A stretch of 64,000 nt of DNA from NCBI GenBank assembly GCA_052388455.1, contig JBQTIA010000092.1, positions 10,003 through 74,002 on the forward strand, in the 5' to 3' direction. A program made the position numbers and the translations under genes. Under the pieces are notes generated by a model. The model was given only the letters and a program-made list of their open reading frames with translations. It ran no database searches and was not told the DNA's origin. Positions 58,476 to 64,000 of this stretch are shown piece after piece (the first letter of the stretch is position 1; each line of letters begins with the position of its first letter). This DNA comes from Hyphomicrobium sp. (lineage in GTDB: Bacteria; Pseudomonadota; Alphaproteobacteria; Rhizobiales; Hyphomicrobiaceae).

Positions 58476-59453
58476 ATGGCAGGGCAAGAGAAGCGCGGTC
58501 TGGTGACGATCTTCGGCGGTGCCGGGTTCGTCGGCCGCTACGCCGTGCGTGCTCTGGCCAGGGACGGCTGGCGCATCCGCGCCGCTTCGCGCCGGCCCGA
58601 CCTCGCCGGACACCTCCAGCCGATGGGTGGCGTCGGGCAGATCATGCCGGTGCAGGCGAACCTGCGCTATCCGGCTTCGGTGGCAGCGGCCATCGACGGC
58701 GCCGACGCGGTCGTCAATTGCGTCGGCATCCTGGCTCCGGCCGGACGGCAGTCCTTCGCGGCCGTTCACGCCGAGGGTGCGGCGGCGATCGCCAAGGCGG
58801 CGAAGGCGGCGGGCGTTAAGCGGCTCGTCCACGTCTCAGCCATCGGCGCCGATGCCAAGTCCTCGTCGAGGTACGCGCGCACCAAGGCCGCCGGAGAGGC
58901 GGCAGTGCTGGCCGCGTTCCCCGATGCCGTGATCCTGCGCCCGTCGATCGTGTTCGGGCCCGAGGATCAGTTCTTCAACCGCTTCGCCGCCATGGCGCGC
59001 ATCTCGCCCTTCCTGCCGCTGATCGGCGGCGGACTGACGCGCTTCCAGCCGGTCTACGTCGGCGACGTGGCGGCGGCCATCCAGGCGGCGATCGACGGCA
59101 AGGCGGCCCCCGGCACGACCTACGAACTCGGCGGACCCGAGGTGGTGAGCTTCCGCGAGCTGCTCGACCGCACGCAGATCTGGGCCGGACGCAAACGCGC
59201 CTATTTCCCGATGCCGTTCTGGCTCGCAAAACTGCAGGCGATCCTGCTGCTGCCGCTCGGCAGCCTGCGCCCGGTGACCTTCGACCAGGTGCGACTCTTG
59301 GCGCGGGACAATGTGGTCAGCGCCGCTGCGGAGGAGGAGCACCGCACCCTCGCCGATCTCGGCATCCCCGCACCGCAGGCCACGTCCACCATCGTTCCCG
59401 GCTACCTCGAAAGCTACAAACCCAAAGGCCAGTTCGAGCACTACCGGGGGTGA
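58476..59453 (+). CDS. complex I NDUFA9-like NAD(P)-binding (atypical SDR) protein
   Basis: VTIFGGAGFVGRYAVRAL (Rossmann)...YARTKAAGE...RPSIVFGPEDQFFNRFA... fits the alphaproteobacterial NDUFA9/39-kDa homologue pattern. Confidence 0.8.
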   Translation: MAGQEKRGLVTIFGGAGFVGRYAVRALARDGWRIRAASRRPDLAGHLQPMGGVGQIMPVQANLRYPASVAAAIDGADAVVNCVGILAPAGRQSFAAVHAEGAAAIAKAAKAAGVKRLVHVSAIGADAKSSSRYARTKAAGEAAVLAAFPDAVILRPSIVFGPEDQFFNRFAAMARISPFLPLIGGGLTRFQPVYVGDVAAAIQAAIDGKAAPGTTYELGGPEVVSFRELLDRTQIWAGRKRAYFPMPFWLAKLQAILLLPLGSLRPVTFDQVRLLARDNVVSAAAEEEHRTLADLGIPAPQATSTIVPGYLESYKPKGQFEHYRG

Positions 59454-59464
59454 GGGGTTGACGC

Positions 59465-59490
59465 GGTGTCAGATCGAAGGGTCTGACACC
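59465..59490. repeat. REP-like palindromic unit, copy 3
   Basis: ggtgtcaga-tcgaaggg-tctgacacc, 12 nt after the stop of the NDUFA9-like gene. The arms match the units at 25742 and 26735. Confidence 0.6.
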
Positions 59491-59502
59491 GAGAGCTTTG
59501 GT

Positions 59503-59556
59503 AAGACCGACGATTCACGCTTCGGACTGATAGGGTCCGAAGCGATCGTGGTCTAG
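59503..59556 (+). repeat. intergenic repeat family R1, copy B
   Basis: aagaccgacgattcacgcttcggactgatagggtccgaagcgatcgtggtctag. Confidence 0.8.
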
Positions 59557-59677
59557 CCAGCGAACCCCGCCCCTACGCTGCCGCAATCGGGACGAGGGGT
59601 GGCCATAAACGGGGACTACTGACCGCAATCGGAGCGAGCAGCCGGAGGTCGGCGGACTCGCCAATCGCGGTTCTGCA

Positions 59678-62182
59678 ATGGTTGCCCTCGTCCGTCTCGT
59701 CATGCACGTCCTGGAGCTGGCGATCAGCCTGCCACTGCGCGTGCTCGGTTTTCTGACCGACTGGGTGGCCTTCAATCCCAAACTCGGCCCGCTGCGCCAT
59801 ATCGCGACGGCCGCCGTCGCCTATCTCGTGTTCGCCGTCGCACTGGTCTACGTCGTGGCACCGCTGCGCGGGTTCATCGGCCAGACCTACATGTCGGAAA
59901 AGCTGCGCTACGACGCCGAACGCTGGCTGGCGACCGCCATCTACGACCGCAAGGGCGATTTCGTCGGCACCTTCGATCCGCGCCTCGATAGCCGCCGCGA
60001 CGTGAACTACACCGATCAGACCATCGAGGTCGGGGACTATGTCGCCAATCCGGATCACAAATCGATCCCCGTGCGCGACGTGCCGGAGATGTACTGGCAG
60101 TGCCTCGTCTATCACGAGGATCGATACATCGGCGGACCTCTCAACCCTTTTGGCGTCGATCTGCTCGGCGTTCTGAAAATCCCCTATTCGACGATCACGC
60201 GCTCGCTGGCCATGCGCCGCCCGAGCCTCGGCGTCGGCGGCTCGACGCTGCCGATGCAGTTCGCGCGCGTCATCTACAAGACGCCGCCGCATTCCAACGA
60301 AGGCGGCTTCACCAAGCTCCGGCGCAAGATGAGCGAGTGGTGGCTGGCGCCCGTCATCTACCATGAGCTGACGCGCGGCGGCGACCAGACACCCTTGAAA
60401 CAATGGGCCGCCAATCATCTCTGGCTGGCGCAGCGCACCGGCGGCCAGCCGCTGCATGGCGTCGAGGTGACGAGCCGCATCGTCTTCGGCAAGGAGGCGA
60501 AAGACCTTTCGACTGCCGAGCAGTTCGTGCTCGCTTCCGCCGTAAACAAGCCGATCATCCTGATGGAAGGCAGCGACACCCTCAACGCGGTGCGCCTCGA
60601 CCGCTGGCGCTACATCACGGAAGTGCGCGCGCGCCATTGCGCCGAAAAGCTCGTCTCCGACGAATCGGAAAAAAAGAAAATCCTGTTCGAGCTGGTCAAC
60701 CTCGCCGGCGGTCCGCCCACCCCGCAGGTCAAGCCCAAGCTGCAGCACGCCCTCGACGAATTCGCGCCCGGCCTCGCCAAGCGCGCGCAGGTCAATCCGA
60801 TCATCCGTGCCAATGCGCTGATGCCGTCGGCCCGCTTCGGCCTGCGCGAGGAGATGAAGCAGACCTGGGGCTTTAGCTGGCGCAACTACGTGCGCGGCGT
60901 CACCGCGACCATCGATCCGGTCGAAAATCTGGTGTTCGGCGAGAAGGTGAAGGCCAGCCTCGCAAAAATCGACGGGCTCAATCGCGACAAGATCACGGCC
61001 GGGTTCACGCTCGATCCGGCGAAGGTCAGCGTCGATGTCCGCAGTCCCAACGTCGTGCTGGTCGCGGCCGACACCACGGGCAAAATCGTGCGCTATTACG
61101 AAGCCGGCGAGACCGCGCCCTACTTCGGCGCCTCGACCGCGCGCAACACCGAGACCGGCTTCTACGAACCCGAGAACGATCACCGCATGATCGCCTCGAC
61201 GGGAAAGATCGTCGCCGCCATCGCCATCGCCAACGAGGGCCGCGATACCATCGACTCGCAGTACTTTGACGCCGATGCGCCGGCCGCGGGGCTCGAAACC
61301 TGCGCCAAGGGCTCCGAACGGAGACTGAGGCGCGCGCTGGTCTCCTTCGCCTGCTCGCTCAATTCGCCGCTGATCAACCGGACGGCCAACGTCGGACAGG
61401 CCAGAGTGCGCGAGGTGATCGACAAGCTCGGCTTCACCATGCCGCCGCCGAATGCCGAAGGCGAAGGCACGCCGCCGTCGACTGCCGCCGTGCTCGGACA
61501 AATCTCCGGCAGTCCGCGCCGCGTGCACCAGATGGCGGGCATCGTGCTGGCGTCGCTGCTGAAGAAGAGCCTGACGCCGGTCAAGCTGCCGAGCCTGGTG
61601 AAGAGCTACGATTTCACCGATCCCCAGCACGCGCTGGCCGCCAAGGCGCTCGAAGCGACGACCGATGTCGTCCCGGGCATGGTCGTCAAGCGCCACGCGT
61701 CGGGGTTGTTGAAATCGCTGCTCGAAGCCCCGCTCTGCTATCAGGCCGGCGGCGCGGCGGCGGGCACCCTCAAGGCCCTGTCCCACTGGTGCGCGGCGCG
61801 GCGGCCGGGGCTCAGGCTGCATTTCGCCAAGACCGGCACGCAGGTGACGCACGACCCCAACCAGACGGTCGATACGTGGATCACGGGCGGCCTCCAGTTC
61901 ACCAACGGGGCCGCGTACTCCTACGTGATGCTGATCGGAACCGGCAATCCGAACGAGCCGTGGGCGACGAGCGTGCACGCCGCGCAGGTGGCACCGCTGC
62001 TCGAAACACTGCTCGACGATCTCGCGGGCCACGCGAAGACCAACGCCATGCCCGGCCTGCTGCCGCCACGCCCCGCGCCGAGCCCGCCGCTCGCGTCCAG
62101 CGGCGGCCATCCGACCACCGGTCGCGGCACCCGCATCACCACGGCGGCAGAAGATTTCCAGCAGAACCTGCTGCCGCGTTGA
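59678..62182 (+). CDS. divergent class A penicillin-binding-protein-like protein (GT51 transglycosylase + transpeptidase motifs)
   Basis: N-terminal TM helices. GT51-like YHEDRYIGGPLNPFGVD, GGSTLPMQFARV, RRKMSEWWLAPVIYHEL. Transpeptidase-like STGK, SLN, KTGT in the correct order. All motifs are visibly diverged from canonical PBP1. Confidence 0.65.
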   Translation: MVALVRLVMHVLELAISLPLRVLGFLTDWVAFNPKLGPLRHIATAAVAYLVFAVALVYVVAPLRGFIGQTYMSEKLRYDAERWLATAIYDRKGDFVGTFDPRLDSRRDVNYTDQTIEVGDYVANPDHKSIPVRDVPEMYWQCLVYHEDRYIGGPLNPFGVDLLGVLKIPYSTITRSLAMRRPSLGVGGSTLPMQFARVIYKTPPHSNEGGFTKLRRKMSEWWLAPVIYHELTRGGDQTPLKQWAANHLWLAQRTGGQPLHGVEVTSRIVFGKEAKDLSTAEQFVLASAVNKPIILMEGSDTLNAVRLDRWRYITEVRARHCAEKLVSDESEKKKILFELVNLAGGPPTPQVKPKLQHALDEFAPGLAKRAQVNPIIRANALMPSARFGLREEMKQTWGFSWRNYVRGVTATIDPVENLVFGEKVKASLAKIDGLNRDKITAGFTLDPAKVSVDVRSPNVVLVAADTTGKIVRYYEAGETAPYFGASTARNTETGFYEPENDHRMIASTGKIVAAIAIANEGRDTIDSQYFDADAPAAGLETCAKGSERRLRRALVSFACSLNSPLINRTANVGQARVREVIDKLGFTMPPPNAEGEGTPPSTAAVLGQISGSPRRVHQMAGIVLASLLKKSLTPVKLPSLVKSYDFTDPQHALAAKALEATTDVVPGMVVKRHASGLLKSLLEAPLCYQAGGAAAGTLKALSHWCAARRPGLRLHFAKTGTQVTHDPNQTVDTWITGGLQFTNGAAYSYVMLIGTGNPNEPWATSVHAAQVAPLLETLLDDLAGHAKTNAMPGLLPPRPAPSPPLASSGGHPTTGRGTRITTAAEDFQQNLLPR

Positions 62183-62215
62183 GCGGTCTGCCTCTGAGGA
62201 GTTTCTTCTCGCGCG

Positions 62216-62407
62216 CTACCTGCGGGGTGGGAACGGCGGCCGGGATTGGCGAGCGTAGTTCTCGGCGGTTCCAGGCGGCATCGGCTGCCAGCCGCGCTGA
62301 ACCAAAGGTTTCGGATCGTTTTCGCGGATCGGCCCCACCGGGCGGAATGCCGATGAGAGGGCAACCGCCGCGCCGAGGACGACGATACCAAGGACGAAGT
62401 ATTTCAT
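62216..62407 (-). CDS. small hypothetical secreted/membrane peptide
   Basis: 63 aa, MKYFVLGIVVLGAAVALSSA signal-like N-terminus, Pro-rich remainder. Weak support. Confidence 0.3.
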   Translation of the reverse strand: MKYFVLGIVVLGAAVALSSAFRPVGPIRENDPKPLVQRGWQPMPPGTAENYARQSRPPFPPRR

Positions 62408-62497
62408 GGCCGGTATGAATCCTTAAATTCTGAAATGACGTCGGCTCGCCTCGTTCGGGCATCGTGACGGCGTGGACTCGGCGAATTCTAGATCTTT

Positions 62498-62553
62498 GAT
62501 GAGACCGACGATTCACGCTTCGGACTGATAGGGTCCGAAGCGATCGTGGTCTA
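62498..62553 (+). repeat. intergenic repeat family R1, copy C
   Basis: gatgagaccgacgattcacgcttcggactgatagggtccgaagcgatcgtggtctaa. Confidence 0.8.
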
Positions 62554-62912
62554 ACGCGATGCGCTGCACCGGACCTGTCATGCGCGTGACACTGCGCGCC
62601 CTAGTGTTCAGTTGCAGACGGAAGATTTCCAATTGCCGTCACCCCGGCGGAGGAGGCCGGGGCCCAGATCAGCGGGCAGCGGACAACCGACTTTTGTTCT
62701 GGATCCCGGCCTTCATGCCGTAAGGCATGTTTCCAGCATGACGGTATGACAAAAAGGAACTCACTGTCGGGATCGGAACAGTGGTGAGGCTGAACATGTG
62801 AGGATCGAGCGATCGGGCTGCCCTCATTTCGGAGGAATTCCGGGCGGCTGAGCCTTTTCCTCGCCCCGATTCGACCCTAGTTTCGCGACGAGGATAGCTT
62901 TCGGGGCGACGC

Positions 62913-64000
62913 GTGATCGGGACTACGCGCAGGATCGACTTCGGACAGAAGGCCCTGGCCGTCTTGGCCAGTGTCGTCCTGCTGCTGCCAATTGGCGCCC
63001 TTGCCCAACAGCCGCCGTCACCGGGGGCCAATCCGGGCAACAACCCCACCGCCGCACCGACGACGGCCGCCGACCAGATCGCCGACGCGTTCAGCCGGCT
63101 CGGCGACCAGATTTACGAGGAGTGCATTTTCGAGCTGTCGGAAGAGCAGGTCGAGGTGCAGGACGCCCTCATCCGCGCCTACATGAAAGAGGGAGCCAGC
63201 GGGGCCGCCGCCCGGCGGATCGCCGCCGCGCAGATCGTGCCGCCCAAGCCATCGGAAAAGTGCGAGCAGGTGCGGCGTTCGCCGGCCGCCGCCACGTCCG
63301 GCTGGGGGACCACGGTCTCGGTGCCAAAAAAACCGACTGTCGAGATTGCGGTGAAGCCGCCGTCGACGCCTGTCACGCCTGCCGTCACGCTCAAGGACAG
63401 GAAAATGCTGCCGCAGTGGGATTGCGCGGAGAACGTCGACTACGTCACCATCCATCTGAACGGGTATGCGCGCAAACTGACGGGCGGCGAGATTTGCAAT
63501 CCGTACGAAGATGTCGTGCACGAGGTGCCGCCGTCACTGCAGAGCTTCCGCCTCGGCTACACGATCAGGACCGGCCGGCTGTTCGTGATCTCCAATGATC
63601 CAGCCACAAACGGGCGCACGATCGCCTGGGCCATTTCGGGCCGCGACGTGTGCCGCAACAATCCCGATCCCGATTGCTTCGCCGCGCGCGCCATCGGCCC
63701 GCTGCCCCCGGGCGAATACGTCTTCCCCACCGACAAGAGCCAGCGCATCAGCTGGGGGCCGCGCACGAAACGCAACGTCGCTGCCATCTATCTGAAGAAG
63801 CTCTGGCACAAGGAACGGTTCACGCCGCAGCAAATTGCGGCCATCCGCAAGCGCGGCAACATTGCCATCCATGTCCGCCTCAAGGGAGAGATGTCGGAAG
63901 CCTGCCTCGGATTGGAGCCGAAGGGCTGGGCCTACGTCGCCTCGCTGATCAAGGACGGACGCGCGACCAGCCTCGACGTCCACATCGATGAGCCCTATGT
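62913..64000 (+). CDS. secreted hypothetical protein (partial, continues past the window end) with a C-terminal His...Cys motif reminiscent of YkuD/DUF2778-type folds
   Basis: My own translation from GTG 62913 (in-frame TAG at 62895) reads VIGTTRRIDFGQKALAVLASVVLLLPIGALAQQPP... and stays open to 64000. It is absent from the ORF track because there is no stop. High third-position GC. C-terminal part ...GPLPPGEYVFPTDK...NIAIHVRLKGEMSEACLGLEPKGW. Confidence 0.55.
   Translation, partial: MIGTTRRIDFGQKALAVLASVVLLLPIGALAQQPPSPGANPGNNPTAAPTTAADQIADAFSRLGDQIYEECIFELSEEQVEVQDALIRAYMKEGASGAAARRIAAAQIVPPKPSEKCEQVRRSPAAATSGWGTTVSVPKKPTVEIAVKPPSTPVTPAVTLKDRKMLPQWDCAENVDYVTIHLNGYARKLTGGEICNPYEDVVHEVPPSLQSFRLGYTIRTGRLFVISNDPATNGRTIAWAISGRDVCRNNPDPDCFAARAIGPLPPGEYVFPTDKSQRISWGPRTKRNVAAIYLKKLWHKERFTPQQIAAIRKRGNIAIHVRLKGEMSEACLGLEPKGWAYVASLIKDGRATSLDVHIDEPY

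Noticed and set aside
62554-62912. About 360-bp non-coding stretch with short hairpins (ccccggc-ggaggag-gccgggg; catgcc-gtaa-ggcatg+tttcc), considered as a possible sRNA gene
   Set aside because: The stems are short and I see no recognisable Rfam-type motif or conservation evidence. It is no better than background for GC-rich intergenic DNA.
62669-63049. Minus-strand 126-aa ORF and the other ORFs listed between 62.9 and 64.0 kb
   Set aside because: The + strand frame from GTG 62913 has a signal peptide, strong third-position GC bias and stays open for 362 codons to the window edge. The listed ORFs are shadows of it.

Overview
This 64-kb window is high-GC (roughly mid-60s % by eye) and has an alphaproteobacterial, Rhizobiales/Hyphomicrobiales-like gene order. 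All family assignments come from motif recognition in the translations; no database search was possible. Most of it is core housekeeping DNA. In order: cobT (partial), a DUF29 gene, cobS, a J-domain protein and bolA; an SDR plus saccharopine-dehydrogenase/DUF4166 pair; yqhA; three tandem YafK-type L,D-transpeptidase paralogues; accA; a GntR regulator; sulfite reductase cysJI; a complete pqqABCDE operon; trmD and rplS; yifB/comM; a TIGR02302-type large membrane protein; lysA, a small lipoprotein and argH; tlpA; dapD and dapE; an NhaD-like transporter; a porin; trxB; a GST; uppP; the lpt-rpoN-hpf-ptsN block; an RNase D-like exonuclease; an NDUFA9-like SDR; a divergent class-A-PBP-like protein; tRNA-Arg(UCU) and tRNA-Leu(CAG). 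Small accessory insertions interrupt this backbone. They are an AT-rich island with orphan tadE/tadG-like genes, a 1-kb insert bracketed by a duplicated cysI 3' end, a vapBC cassette bracketed by REP-like palindromes, a tRNA-Arg-adjacent AbiEii-like nucleotidyltransferase pair, an orphan vWA/TadG-like gene splitting argH-lysA, and several intergenic palindromic repeat families. I recognised no rRNA, CRISPR array, transposase or integrase. I did not find a clear multi-gene novel system. The most second-look-worthy items are: (1) a single 693-codon ORF that fuses LptC with two LptA/OstA modules; (2) ribosomal protein L19 with an internal Lys-rich insert and a ~100-aa C-terminal extension; (3) the cysI-duplication-flanked orphan gene; (4) the NTase toxin-like pair at tRNA-Arg with a non-canonical small partner; (5) the three tandem YafK-like paralogues.
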